From positions 16,101 through 80,100 of the forward strand of contig JBAXGH010000001.1 of NCBI GenBank assembly GCA_037139515.1: a DNA stretch of 64,000 nucleotides. The letters are read 5' to 3'. The notes beneath the pieces are model-generated. The model worked only from the letters and a program-made list of their open reading frames with translations, was not told the DNA's origin and ran no database searches. Within the stretch, counting starts at the first letter, position 1, and each line of letters begins with the position of its first letter. The translations under genes were made by a program, and so were the position numbers. Source of the stretch: a bacterium (GTDB taxonomy: Bacteria; Patescibacteriota; Patescibacteriia; JBAXGH01). This document shows, piece after piece, positions 1 through 10,080 of the stretch.

Positions 1-1083
1 AAATATCGCGAGAATCACGAAGGGCGCCTCGTACTTATCGCGATCGCCTTGCTCGCTATGAGTCAGCATCCGCTCCTCGGGATTCCGCTCACGATTTTAA
101 TTTTTGTTTCAATTATATTTCCAAAGCACCAAAAACCAAAAACCAGAATTATTTTCGTTTTTATTTTGACGACTCTTTCTATTCCGCTACTCCTTGCAAT
201 AAATCAGATTAAGCTCGGTGCCACACCTTTCTCGTACACAAACCCACTCGCCCGCCTGGATTTCTTTTTCGGACTTTTTAAGAATTCTTACACGAATCCA
301 GAATCAGCGGATTTTTTCATGCGCGCGTTGTACGGATGGAAGACATATTTTCCGATCATCGGACTCGCGCTCGCCATGGTTGGCTTCTATCGAATCAGAA
401 AAAACGAATCCGCGCAGATTCTCGTTGCTTCACTTGCCGGCCTTCTGCTCGCGATTTTTGGTACCTCCACACTTTTTTATATTCCCGGCATTGCCTGGTA
501 CGAGCAGAGTGAATTTGCCTATCGCCTTCTATTTGCGCTTGGTATCGGACTTTTACCACTTATAATATCCGGGCTCGTCACGATTACCGAAAAGATAAAA
601 ATCGAAACGCTGATTCTCGTGCTTTCTTCATTTGCGATGACTATTTCCTGGTATTTTAGCTATCCGCAAAACAATCAAATCGTGAATGATAATGGCTCGA
701 GCGTCTCAGAATCTGATAGTGAGGCGATTAATTTCATCGAAACCCACGCGAAGGACAAATACGTAGTTCTCGCAGATCAAATGACCTCTGTTAGAGCGCT
801 CGAAATGCTTGGGTTCGAAAGAGCCCAAGGAAAACCAATTCCCATGTATCCGCTACCGGCACAGGAAGAAATCTATTCTGTGTTTTTGGAAATGGCTTGG
901 CAGTCACCGCTCCGAATCTATGCACTTCGAGCCATGGATATCGCGAAAGTAGATAAAGTATATTTACTTATTCCGAGCTACTACCCAGCTTCGGCAACGC
1001 TCAAACAAATTGCACAAAATGAAGCCGACTTTGTTTATGAAACTTCTAACGGCAACATGCTTATCGCCGAATATGATAGATAG
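1..1083 (+). CDS. Polytopic membrane protein (5'-truncated by window), possibly GT-C-like
   Basis: Frame open from position 1; several hydrophobic segments followed by a soluble C-terminal domain. Confidence 0.6.
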   Translation, partial: KYRENHEGRLVLIAIALLAMSQHPLLGIPLTILIFVSIIFPKHQKPKTRIIFVFILTTLSIPLLLAINQIKLGATPFSYTNPLARLDFFFGLFKNSYTNPESADFFMRALYGWKTYFPIIGLALAMVGFYRIRKNESAQILVASLAGLLLAIFGTSTLFYIPGIAWYEQSEFAYRLLFALGIGLLPLIISGLVTITEKIKIETLILVLSSFAMTISWYFSYPQNNQIVNDNGSSVSESDSEAINFIETHAKDKYVVLADQMTSVRALEMLGFERAQGKPIPMYPLPAQEEIYSVFLEMAWQSPLRIYALRAMDIAKVDKVYLLIPSYYPASATLKQIAQNEADFVYETSNGNMLIAEYDR

Positions 1084-1115
1084 CATGATATAATTACATC
1101 AACGCAAAAATTTTT

Positions 1116-1547
1116 ATGAAGAAGAAAGTTCTGAATAGTCCGGCACTCGCCGATAAGACGATGAAGATGGCTCTATTTTCCGCCGTCATCCTCTTCGCTG
1201 CCGCCACAAGCATACTGACGCTTGGATCCTCAGCTGCGACTGCACCAAAATCAAAAGCTCCGGCCGTAAAGGCAAAACCGGTTCCGGCAGCCTACAAAAA
1301 AGTAGGTTATAAGTTCCCCGGATACGCAACCCCTGGATACGTTGCTCCGGGATATGTAAGCCCAGGCTACGTCGCCCCCGGCTACACAGCTCCGGGTTAC
1401 GTGAATCCAGGCTACACACGCCCCGGATACGTAAACCCAGGATATACGTCGCCTGGTTATGTGAGCCCCGGCTATGTTGCTCCGGGATATGTGAGACCAG
1501 GATACGTAGCCCCGGGGTACAAGAAACCAGAATACATCCGCCAATAA
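1116..1547 (+). CDS. Secreted or membrane-anchored protein with 14 tandem PGYxx pentapeptides
   Basis: N-terminal hydrophobic segment; PGY[AVTK]x repeats; TGATATAAT upstream; terminator downstream. Confidence 0.8.
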   Translation: MKKKVLNSPALADKTMKMALFSAVILFAAATSILTLGSSAATAPKSKAPAVKAKPVPAAYKKVGYKFPGYATPGYVAPGYVSPGYVAPGYTAPGYVNPGYTRPGYVNPGYTSPGYVSPGYVAPGYVRPGYVAPGYKKPEYIRQ

Positions 1548-1554
1548 ACACAAA

Positions 1555-1576
1555 AAAACCGGCTCGTGCCGGTTTT
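1555..1576. terminator. Bidirectional intrinsic terminator
   Basis: aaaaccggc-tcgt-gccggtttt between convergent genes. Confidence 0.75.
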
Positions 1577-1584
1577 CTGTTTGC

Positions 1585-2538
1585 TTATTTTTTATTCATT
1601 TCATTTTCCACCACGCGCCCGGCCATGACCTTCAAAAAAGGCAGCATCACATCAAGAAGTAGGACAATTACCACAAGTTGAGGCACAACCTTCTGTTCAC
1701 TGAAAAACTGATCACCAACATATAGCGCGAGCGTAAAATTCATGTACATCATGCAAAGCGCAATCGTGATACGTTCCGAGACATTGCGCCAATAAATCAT
1801 GCGATAAGAAATCCAGACCAGGAATGCGATGTAAAAGAAAGTTATCATGAGCACCACAAAAGTCTTGAGCGACAGATGAAGCGCGGCCGGGTCTGAAGCC
1901 ACAACCGCAGTTTTACTGACAATCGAAGCGATTAGAAGGCCAAAAATCATCACCGATACAGTGCGCCAAATCGAACTTCCGCGCGCAACCAACTTCGGTA
2001 CCAAACGGCTCACGATATACGCAAGAATGAAAGGAATCAAAATCGCGGTCGCGAGTTCTCGAAGCATGAAAATAGCATGAATATGAACTTCAGCACCGGC
2101 GAAAATCTGAAAAACTATCGGCATGGTGAACGGCGCGAGAATACTCGTAACAACTGAAATAACGAGCGCGAGAGAAGTTTTTCCGTGAAAAAAGTCAGCT
2201 ACGAGCGCAATCGTCATACCGGTCGGACCGGCAAGCGCGATCAGAAATGCAAGCGCCCAATGTGGCGCGAAATATTTAAGCGGCAGATAAACCGCGACCG
2301 GCAAAAAAACCAGCATAAAAAAAGCGGCGAGCAGGTTCATTTTCCAATCGAGGGTGTATTTTTTCAAGTCGTTGATATCAATCCGAAGCGCGGAAAGAAA
2401 AAATATCAACTGCAACATGAAGGTGTTCCAGGAATGGAAAGGCTTAAAAAGCTCCGGATAGAAAAGCCCAGCCAAAAGCCCGACAAGTACAATAACAATC
2501 TGATTTTCGACCAGGAATCTCTTTATCGCTGTGAACAT
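1585..2538 (-). CDS. Bile acid:sodium symporter (SBF/BASS) family transporter
   Basis: About 9-10 TM helices; AGPTG...GKTSLAL...TSILAPFTMP pattern typical of BASS. Confidence 0.8.
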   Translation of the reverse strand: MFTAIKRFLVENQIVIVLVGLLAGLFYPELFKPFHSWNTFMLQLIFFLSALRIDINDLKKYTLDWKMNLLAAFFMLVFLPVAVYLPLKYFAPHWALAFLIALAGPTGMTIALVADFFHGKTSLALVISVVTSILAPFTMPIVFQIFAGAEVHIHAIFMLRELATAILIPFILAYIVSRLVPKLVARGSSIWRTVSVMIFGLLIASIVSKTAVVASDPAALHLSLKTFVVLMITFFYIAFLVWISYRMIYWRNVSERITIALCMMYMNFTLALYVGDQFFSEQKVVPQLVVIVLLLDVMLPFLKVMAGRVVENEMNKK

Positions 2539-2645
2539 ATTTGTACAAATACTTTAGCACTCTTTGACATTCTTCCCCAGCCCCCTAGCGGTGTTTTCGC
2601 GGGTCAGGCACAATGAGTGTCAAGAGAAGCTTGTCGCTCTCGCAT

Positions 2646-4109
2646 ATGTCATTCGCCGCTCTAATTTTTCCGCACCAACTTTTTGCCGAGCACCCGGCAC
2701 AAAAAGGCGCCAAGTCTACTTGGCTCTATGAATCACCGCATTTTTTTACCCGTTTCAAATTTCACAAACAGAAGTTGATTTTACACCGCGCTTCGATGAA
2801 GGCCTACGCCTCGAAGCTTCAACACAAGGTCCACGTCAGGTACGCCGACATAAAAAGCTTTCCGACGCTCGCACTGGTACTCAAAGATATCCGAAAACAC
2901 GGATATCGCGAAGTCCACATCGCTGATGTTCATGATTTCGCCCTCGCCGAGGAAATAACTCGCGAAATCAAGAAAGCTAAACTCAAAATCGTCACCCACA
3001 ACTCCCCGGCCTTCCTTCTCTCCACTCGGGAAACCGCTTCCATGCTTGGCGGAAATCCTCACGTGCAGATGTCGGCCTTCTACGCCAAAATGCGCAAGAA
3101 GTTCGGGGTTTTAATTGATAAAAAAGGCGAACCGGTTGGCGGAAGCTGGAGTTTTGAAAATGAAAACCGCAAAAGACTTCCGAAAAGCGCACCGATTCCT
3201 GAATTGCACTATCCAAACCGCTGCGAAACCGCACATGAAGCTTTTGATTACGTTGAAAAGAATTTTAGGCGTCACGGCGGGCACACCGAAGGCTTCATGT
3301 ATCCGACGACTCACACCGAAGCCGCGGCTTGGCTTGAGGATTTTTTGCGCCATCGCCTGGCCGAGTTTGGTGACTATGAAGATGCGATCGCCGAAGGCGA
3401 ACATGCGCTTTTCCATTCCCTGCTTTCCCCGCTTTTAAATATCGGGCTACTCACACCGCGTCAGGTTTTGGACGCCACACTTCATCACGCGCGCCGTCAC
3501 CCGATCAGACTGAATAGTCTTGAAGGTTTTATTCGTCAAATACTCGGTTCACGTGAATTTACACGAGCTATTTACGCTAATCACGGCAAGGAATTGCCGG
3601 AAATGAATTCTCTCCATAATCAGCGCAAGCTGAGCAAGGCTTTTATAAGCGGGACTACCGGTATTATCCCGGTCGATTTGACGATTAAAAAAGTCATGGA
3701 GACAGCTTATTGCCACCATACCGAAAGGCTGACCGTACTTGGAAACTTTTTATTGCTCACCGAAGTCAAGCCGAAGCTGATCCACGCCTGGTTCATGGAA
3801 AATTTTATCGATGCCGCCGAATGGGCCGTGGTTCCGAACGTCTTTGCGCAAAGCCAGTACGTCGACGGCGGATCTATCACCACCAAATTTCACCTAACGA
3901 GTTCAAACTATATTCGCAATATCAGCGACTATCCAAGCGGCGAATGGGAAAAAATCATGGACGCGCTTTTTTGGCGTTTTCTTTCCCGCCATGATGAGAT
4001 ATTAAAAGCTCAACCAAGACTAGCTTCACTATTTGAACAAATGCGAAAATCACCGGAAAGGCTGAAAAAACATATCGAGCTAGCGGACGGATTTTTGAAG
4101 AAATTGTAG
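2646..4109 (+). CDS. Cryptochrome/photolyase family protein (DPRP / bacterial (6-4) photolyase-related)
   Basis: LIFPHQL, HKQKLILHRASM, GGSWSFENENR, FGDYEDA, LFHSLLSPLLNIGLL, EGFIRQILG, YCHH motifs. Confidence 0.9.
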   Translation: MSFAALIFPHQLFAEHPAQKGAKSTWLYESPHFFTRFKFHKQKLILHRASMKAYASKLQHKVHVRYADIKSFPTLALVLKDIRKHGYREVHIADVHDFALAEEITREIKKAKLKIVTHNSPAFLLSTRETASMLGGNPHVQMSAFYAKMRKKFGVLIDKKGEPVGGSWSFENENRKRLPKSAPIPELHYPNRCETAHEAFDYVEKNFRRHGGHTEGFMYPTTHTEAAAWLEDFLRHRLAEFGDYEDAIAEGEHALFHSLLSPLLNIGLLTPRQVLDATLHHARRHPIRLNSLEGFIRQILGSREFTRAIYANHGKELPEMNSLHNQRKLSKAFISGTTGIIPVDLTIKKVMETAYCHHTERLTVLGNFLLLTEVKPKLIHAWFMENFIDAAEWAVVPNVFAQSQYVDGGSITTKFHLTSSNYIRNISDYPSGEWEKIMDALFWRFLSRHDEILKAQPRLASLFEQMRKSPERLKKHIELADGFLKKL

Positions 4110-4128
4110 CGCCTTTCTCTCGCAAGCA

Positions 4129-4162
4129 AAAACCCCATCGTTGATTATAACGATGGGGTTTT
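4129..4162. terminator. Bidirectional intrinsic terminator
   Basis: 14-bp inverted repeat aaaaccccatcgtt / aacgatggggtttt. Confidence 0.75.
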
Positions 4163-4217
4163 GTAAGTCGAAAATCGCGGCGTAGAAAGATGATGCGATA
4201 AAGTATGTTTGAAGTCG

Positions 4218-4299
4218 TACGAGCGACATTGGGCGTGTGTGAGCCGGCCAATCAGCCGTATCTTTGGCCGCCACACACACGCCCAAATCAGCGCTCGTG
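4218..4299 (-). repeat. 3'-UTR hairpin family A, copy 1
   Basis: Long bulged stem with loop tcagccgtatct (4252-4263). Confidence 0.8.
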
Positions 4300-4312
4300 T
4301 AAGCCCGAAAAG

Positions 4313-5740
4313 TTATTTAGCCGTCTTCATCCATTCAACGAGATGCCGAGTCGCCAAGACATCATCCTCATTATAATCGACGATTTTTTGCAATATCTTT
4401 TTATCTTTTTTCTCCAACCAATCATGATACCAGGCAATCGAATTCGCGCCTGACGCGTCCGAAGAGCGCCACTTGAAACCGAGAAATTTAGCAATATCTT
4501 TGAGAGAATAAAAATATACCGGAAACAAAACCGAACGCGAAACAATCGGCAGCACATCAATCATGATTTCGCGATTACCAAGCACGCGCGCCGCAGTTTT
4601 CGTGATCCCGTATTTTTCCGTGAGCTCTTTTATCACGATAATTTCATACCAACCATAGTGATAAATCGCCAGGTTTTTGTAGCGCCCGATGAAAGCCTGA
4701 AATTCTTTCCAAGCTTTTTCTTCGCCGCTCGGTTTCTTCGCAAGAAAAGGTTTGAACTCAGACTTTCCGTTGCGTACCACCAAGCATCCAAACAAATAAT
4801 GCACGCTGCGCAAAGGATCAGATTCCATGTCGAAATATATTTCCGTTTTGGCTTTTGGAAAATTATATTTCTCAACAATCACGGCTTTTTTATCGCGCAA
4901 AGCCTCAGCCTGAAGCCTTAATCTTTCCAAACGCGGCTGAGTAATCGAAGGAACTTTAGCTTTCAACTTTCCAAGGTTGGCTCCGGCTAGCTTCTTGAGC
5001 TTTCCATAACCACCTTTCAGCAAAGCCTCTCTTTCGTCGGCACGAATCTTGTAAATCAAAGCAACATCGTCTTCGCCCTCGGCATCCAAAATACACTGTT
5101 TGAAATACGGCGACTGCTTACAGGAACCGTAAAGATGCGGTTCCGGCTTCTCCCCGGAAAGCAATTCTTCTACTTCCTTCAATTTTAAGTGATATTTTTC
5201 TTCGTAATCAGCGACGACCAATTCATGCGTGGCGCCAGTTGCATCAATAATATAAGCACGCTCCGGCATCACTCCCTGAGCTTTTTTCAGCAATTCCGAA
5301 TAGAAACACAGCTGCAACCGATGAACCTCTTCAAAGTGAGACGAGCGTTTGATATCGCACGGAACGTACATCCAATCACCCAAATCTGAAGTTCCATCAA
5401 CTCGTTCCAGCAAATCCGGAATCCCGACATAATTCCCATCCATGAGTACGCCGTGATAAATCAACCCAGCACCGTCTTTCATGTGCTTCAGGGTCATTTT
5501 TGCCTGGTCCTCCAGGTCGCCTTCATGTTTGATTTCAACCATGCTGGCTTTTTTCGATTTGAGGGCCACCATTTCTGCCTCATGCAAAAGGCCATCTTTC
5601 CAAAGCTTCTCCGTCATGGCCGAAACCGGCGCGCGTAGTTTGGCATCAGAAAAAGCTTCATGCCAAGGCCAAGCCGGACACTTCGAATATTGATAAAAAG
5701 ATGTGGCTGTGATGCGTATTTCTTGATTTTTCTTTTTCAT
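4313..5740 (-). CDS. TM0106-family RecB-like nuclease (PD-(D/E)XK plus RNase H-like domain)
   Basis: GIPDLL, YVPCDIK, QLCFY; C-terminal YFDMESDP, YSLKDIA, YNEDDV. Confidence 0.85.
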   Translation of the reverse strand: MKKKNQEIRITATSFYQYSKCPAWPWHEAFSDAKLRAPVSAMTEKLWKDGLLHEAEMVALKSKKASMVEIKHEGDLEDQAKMTLKHMKDGAGLIYHGVLMDGNYVGIPDLLERVDGTSDLGDWMYVPCDIKRSSHFEEVHRLQLCFYSELLKKAQGVMPERAYIIDATGATHELVVADYEEKYHLKLKEVEELLSGEKPEPHLYGSCKQSPYFKQCILDAEGEDDVALIYKIRADEREALLKGGYGKLKKLAGANLGKLKAKVPSITQPRLERLRLQAEALRDKKAVIVEKYNFPKAKTEIYFDMESDPLRSVHYLFGCLVVRNGKSEFKPFLAKKPSGEEKAWKEFQAFIGRYKNLAIYHYGWYEIIVIKELTEKYGITKTAARVLGNREIMIDVLPIVSRSVLFPVYFYSLKDIAKFLGFKWRSSDASGANSIAWYHDWLEKKDKKILQKIVDYNEDDVLATRHLVEWMKTAK

Positions 5741-5809
5741 GGATGTTTTTTCTCACCACCTCACACTTGATAAATTGCCGGAGCCGAAAAAAGTTGGCGT
5801 ATGCCCGAA

Positions 5810-5885
5810 GAAAGTGTACGGAGCCTATTCGTCGTCAGGCAATCAGCCGTACCTTTGCCTGACGAGCGAATAGGTCCGCACTTTC
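5810..5885 (-). repeat. 3'-UTR hairpin family A, copy 2
   Basis: gaaagtg...cactttc stem, loop tcagccgtacct (5843-5854). Confidence 0.85.
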
Positions 5886-5904
5886 TGTAGTCCCCCGAGA
5901 AATG

Positions 5905-6564
5905 TTATTTAACCGTTACCGAAGTCATCTTATCCCCAACCACAATCTTATCAACCACTTCCATACCTTTGGTTACTTTACCGAAGATAGTATATGACGG
6001 TGGCAGTGGAGTATTCCCAAGCATGATGAAGAATTGCGAGCCGTTGGTATTCGGTCCCGCGTTCGCCATGGCTACAATTCCGCGATCGTAGCTGAGTTTC
6101 ACAGGTTCATCGTTAAAACGATAGCCAGGGCCGCCGGTGCCATTGCCAGAAGGATCACCGCCCTGAATCACAAAGCCTTCTTCGCGACGATGAAATGTCA
6201 GACCATTATAAAATCCGCCTTTTGTTAGATAAAGAAAGTTTGAAGCGGCGAGCGGAGCTTCGGCGCCAAAAACCTCGAATTCGATATTGCCTTTTGCGGT
6301 CTCGATCACGACGGTTTTTTTCAACAAATCCGCATCTGGTAACTTTCCAGGAAATTTCCATTCCATATTCTTTTTAGTTTCAGCGGCTGAGTTATTATCA
6401 GTTTTCGCAGTAATAGGATTATTTTGATCGTAAGCTGCAACCGGAGCCCGCGTATCCAGCAAATCCTGACTCGTACCATATGGCGTTACCGTACCAGTAG
6501 TATTTTGATTTCCACAACCAGCACCTAGGAACAGAAGCGCGAGCGCAAGAACGGTTTTTTTCAT
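5905..6564 (-). CDS. Cyclophilin-type peptidyl-prolyl isomerase, lipoprotein
   Basis: Lipobox LGAGC; FYNGLTFHR, FVIQGGDP, AMANAGPNTNGSQFFI. Confidence 0.95.
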   Translation of the reverse strand: MKKTVLALALLFLGAGCGNQNTTGTVTPYGTSQDLLDTRAPVAAYDQNNPITAKTDNNSAAETKKNMEWKFPGKLPDADLLKKTVVIETAKGNIEFEVFGAEAPLAASNFLYLTKGGFYNGLTFHRREEGFVIQGGDPSGNGTGGPGYRFNDEPVKLSYDRGIVAMANAGPNTNGSQFFIMLGNTPLPPSYTIFGKVTKGMEVVDKIVVGDKMTSVTVK

Positions 6565-6581
6565 AAGTTATTTATGAATAG

Positions 6582-7757
6582 CTATTTGTTATTTTTCGCC
6601 AAAAAGGCGTCTTCAGTATACACGTTTCGCGCGTTCCAGATGAGCCAGCCGGAGCCACCTTCATCCACAACCGCCTTCATCTGAGCCTGCACTTTCGCCT
6701 TGTCATAATCTGCGCCGATGTCGAAGTCCTGTATCCACGGCCGCGCCTGCCATTTCACTTCCGGCCATTCTTTCATGATATCTTTACCGCGCTTTAGAGT
6801 TTCAGCCACGATTTCGTAAGGATGCTCGGCTGGATTCTTAAATGTGAGCGTGCCCGGCGGGTAGTGTGAAGGATAAGCCATTGGCGAAAGAGCCGTAAAA
6901 TACGGCGCCGCATCTCTTATACGTTGACCAATGGTTAAATCTTCATCGCGATACCAAAACGCAAAACCGAACAGGTCGGCACTAATCGGAATTCCCTTTT
7001 GGCGCACTTCCGTATCCATATATTTGAAGAATCTGGTCATCACCTCGGAGCGCGATTCTTTAAGCGGGTCAAAATGCGTATATTTCACGAGTTTCATGTT
7101 TCCGTCAGACGGAAAACGAATATAATCAAGCTGAATTTCATCAAAGCCGAGTGCATATGCATCACGCGCAATTCTGGCGTTATAGCTCCACGCCTCTTCC
7201 GCAGCCGCATCGATCCAGGAAATACCCTTAAAGTCCTTCCAGACGCCACCGGCCGTGCTTTGAACCGCGAGCTTAGGATTAGATTCAACCAGCGCCCGAT
7301 CCTGAAAGATAAAAAGCCTAGCAATCACGTAAATGCCTGAGTCATGCAGCTCCTTAATCAATACGTCGATATCCTTCATGCTGGTTTTTTCAGAGAGATG
7401 TTTCGCGAGTTCCGGATCTTTGGCTGGATAAGCGATGCGACCGTAGTCATCCTTGATATCGATTACAACGGCATTTAGTTCGGTTTCCTTGAGCAATTTA
7501 AACATCGGCGCACGGCGCTTGGCGTCCATAGCCGTACCGGCAGTCATATAAAAGCCTTTCACAAAATCCGGAGTCTTGATGTGTGAAGCAGCTGCTACGG
7601 CTACTTTAACCGGCTCGGTAATTTTTATCTCATCTTTTGGCGTTTCATTCTTAATAGGCTTGAAAGACGCGAAGATAGATTGCCCGAAAAATACCAAAAC
7701 AAAAATTATAAGAGCTGTGATTTCCGGCAATAGTTTTCTGAGGCCTTCTTTTAACAT
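6582..7757 (-). CDS. Putative glycoside hydrolase (DUF4015-like)
   Basis: N-terminal anchor; LNAVVIDIKDDYG, GFDEIQLDYIRFP, PMAYPSHY, RPWIQDF, WNARNVY. Confidence 0.8.
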   Translation of the reverse strand: MLKEGLRKLLPEITALIIFVLVFFGQSIFASFKPIKNETPKDEIKITEPVKVAVAAASHIKTPDFVKGFYMTAGTAMDAKRRAPMFKLLKETELNAVVIDIKDDYGRIAYPAKDPELAKHLSEKTSMKDIDVLIKELHDSGIYVIARLFIFQDRALVESNPKLAVQSTAGGVWKDFKGISWIDAAAEEAWSYNARIARDAYALGFDEIQLDYIRFPSDGNMKLVKYTHFDPLKESRSEVMTRFFKYMDTEVRQKGIPISADLFGFAFWYRDEDLTIGQRIRDAAPYFTALSPMAYPSHYPPGTLTFKNPAEHPYEIVAETLKRGKDIMKEWPEVKWQARPWIQDFDIGADYDKAKVQAQMKAVVDEGGSGWLIWNARNVYTEDAFLAKNNK

Positions 7758-7816
7758 AGAGAAAATAAAACACTTCCGCGAAACTAAACTCTAGCAGAAA
7801 AATACAGCACCTTCAA

Positions 7817-8854
7817 TTATTTAACGTCCAGCTTCTCCCAAGGAAATTCGTTCCGCCCAAAATGCCCGTAACAAGCCGTTGCTTTATAAATCGGACGGCG
7901 CAAATCAAGCCGCTCCAATATCGAAGCCGGGCGAAAATCAAATTTTTCTTTCACGGTTTCGGTCAAATCTTTACCTTCTCCGGTACGGGCGCGCAAAAAT
8001 ACCGGTTTTTCTTCGCCACGAGAATAAATCGCCTCAATCATAACGGTGCGGCCTGCACCCATCGCAACTAAGTTTTTAGCCGCAAATCGACACATATAAG
8101 CACTCAAACGATCGATTTTTGACGGATCTTTTCCGGAAAGCGAACCGGCGCCCCAGGGCAAAACGCCACCATAAGTATCGGCTGCGAGCTTCTTTCCCGT
8201 CACGCCGGTATCAACTTGAAAGCCGCCCTGAGTAATTTTTCCGGAATAGTTGATATCAACTTTCACGCCGTCCAAATTCCGAAGCATGGACGCAACCACG
8301 CGTTCGAAAAGCTTGGTGCGAACCATCGAATCATCAACCGAGTCATCGTGTTGAACCATGATTTTGATGAACTTCGGATGTTGACCATCAAAGCCAACCA
8401 TGACTTTTCCGTCCGGACGCAGCCAATTGAAAGAAGAATCCGTGAGACGCAAATCATCCAGCCGTTTTGCGATAGCTTGCGCGAGTACCAAAGAAGCCGG
8501 TAAAAACTGCGGCGTCGCATTCGTAGCATAACCGCTCGCGATGCACATATCGTTAGCACCACCACGTTCACTTGTACGAATCGAATCAGGAGAATCGAGA
8601 GCAATGTTCACAAAAGGCTCAATCTCATCAAGATAACCGATTTCGTGATAGACCTGCTTGGCGACGGTTGCGACGTCAAAATCAGCCTTAGAAGTAACTT
8701 CACCGCCAATAACCATCATTCCGTGGGATCCAAAAACCTCTAAAGATACACGCGAATTGGGCTCGCGACGCAAATATTCATCCAAAACCGCATCGGCGAT
8801 TTGATCGCAGATTTTATCGGCTTGACCTTTAGTCACAACTTCCACGAATTGCAT
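7817..8854 (-). CDS. metK: S-adenosylmethionine synthetase-like protein (divergent)
   Basis: DKICDQIADAVLD, RPDGK, DTGVTGKK, DTYGG, SGKDPSKIDR, YGHFG, FPWE. Confidence 0.85.
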   Translation of the reverse strand: MQFVEVVTKGQADKICDQIADAVLDEYLRREPNSRVSLEVFGSHGMMVIGGEVTSKADFDVATVAKQVYHEIGYLDEIEPFVNIALDSPDSIRTSERGGANDMCIASGYATNATPQFLPASLVLAQAIAKRLDDLRLTDSSFNWLRPDGKVMVGFDGQHPKFIKIMVQHDDSVDDSMVRTKLFERVVASMLRNLDGVKVDINYSGKITQGGFQVDTGVTGKKLAADTYGGVLPWGAGSLSGKDPSKIDRLSAYMCRFAAKNLVAMGAGRTVMIEAIYSRGEEKPVFLRARTGEGKDLTETVKEKFDFRPASILERLDLRRPIYKATACYGHFGRNEFPWEKLDVK

Positions 8855-8984
8855 ACGATCGGAGTGAAAAAACAAAAAATCAAGAAATCAAAAAATCAAA
8901 CTTCTTGAAACCTTACGGGATTACGCAGAAGAAATCAATGCGAGTTTCGTCGCGTTGATTTCTTGCTTTATTGATTTATTGTGT

Positions 8985-9953
8985 TTAGTCGCTGAATTCC
9001 TGCACGAACATCTTTCCGTAGATTCCGGCGTCGATTACCCCAACGCCTAATTTTCCGTAGTCTTTAGATAAAATATTAGCTCTATGGCCCTCGGAATTCA
9101 TCAAACCATCATAGGCATATTCAACATCAGGCGCAAAAGCCAAGTTTTCACCGAGAACGCGATATTCGATTTTCATGTTTCCGGCGCGGGTACCGGGCGT
9201 GCTTCCATCTTTGCCGTTATGCGAGAAAAAACCCTGTTCAACCATAGTTTCACCGTATTTTCTAGCCAAATCACGAAGCTTCGTATCGTAAACAAGAGGC
9301 TTTATTCCGCGCGCAATTCTTTCGCTATTCACATGCTCAAACATCGTCGACTCGCTTTCTTCATCTACCGAATGATTGGTTGAACTAAATCTCAAACTCA
9401 CGCTTTCGTCAGACTTTGGATGAATCGTAAGAAAGGCCAGACTATCTTTAACAGCCGGAGAAAATATATTATTAATGCTGCGATCGATGCGATCCGAGAA
9501 ACGCGCTATCGGAGCACCGAGATTTGATCTCAACACAGCCTGCTTAACCGAACCGGAAAGCGGCAGAGTTACAAGTAGCGGCAGAACCACCATGAAGAGC
9601 ACGAGCGCATCCAAAAGCGCCGGCAGGAACCCAGACCACTTATTTAATTTGTGATTTTTTATGTCATCAGGAATCTTTCGATAAATAATCCGCGCGAAAA
9701 ATGGATAGAGCAAGCCGATACAGATCCAGATTGCAAAAAAAGCTATCGCATTTGCAAACGAGATCGGAATTTCTTTGAACTTCAAAATAATCTTCGCGAC
9801 CTGAACATAACCGACAAAGGCAAGCAGAAGCGAAATCAAAAAACCAACCACTTCGGTCAGAACCAAAAGAAAGCCTCTTCGAATACCATCAATCGAATAT
9901 AAAATAGCGATTATTACGAGAGCCGCATCAGTCCACCACGGTTGAATAACCAT
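8985..9953 (-). CDS. CvpA-like membrane domain fused to CAP (SCP) domain
   Basis: N-terminal TM helices with GIRRGF; C-terminal FFSH, GENLA, LMNSEGHRANIL, GVGV. Confidence 0.85.
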   Translation of the reverse strand: MVIQPWWTDAALVIIAILYSIDGIRRGFLLVLTEVVGFLISLLLAFVGYVQVAKIILKFKEIPISFANAIAFFAIWICIGLLYPFFARIIYRKIPDDIKNHKLNKWSGFLPALLDALVLFMVVLPLLVTLPLSGSVKQAVLRSNLGAPIARFSDRIDRSINNIFSPAVKDSLAFLTIHPKSDESVSLRFSSTNHSVDEESESTMFEHVNSERIARGIKPLVYDTKLRDLARKYGETMVEQGFFSHNGKDGSTPGTRAGNMKIEYRVLGENLAFAPDVEYAYDGLMNSEGHRANILSKDYGKLGVGVIDAGIYGKMFVQEFSD

Positions 9954-10035
9954 AAATATAATCTAAATCTACTGCTCGTAGTATAACAAAAACTATTTGT
10001 TTACGGCCGCGCACATACTTATCCACAGCCGACAC

Positions 10036-10080
10036 TTGCGTTCATGTTTGGTTCGTTTATAATACGAACATAACACGAAC
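10036..10080 (+). promoter_or_regulatory. lexA promoter with two putative direct-repeat LexA boxes
   Basis: TTGCGT 10036-41 and TATAAT 10058-63; GTTC-N7-GTTC 10040-54 and GAAC-N7-GAAC 10066-80. Confidence 0.65.

Noticed and set aside
1315-1530. 15-nt DNA periodicity as a non-coding repeat or CRISPR
   Set aside because: Explained by PGYxx coding repeats with synonymous variation.
10019-10027. DnaA box as replication origin
   Set aside because: Single box with no cluster, no evident unwinding element and no dnaA/dnaN nearby.
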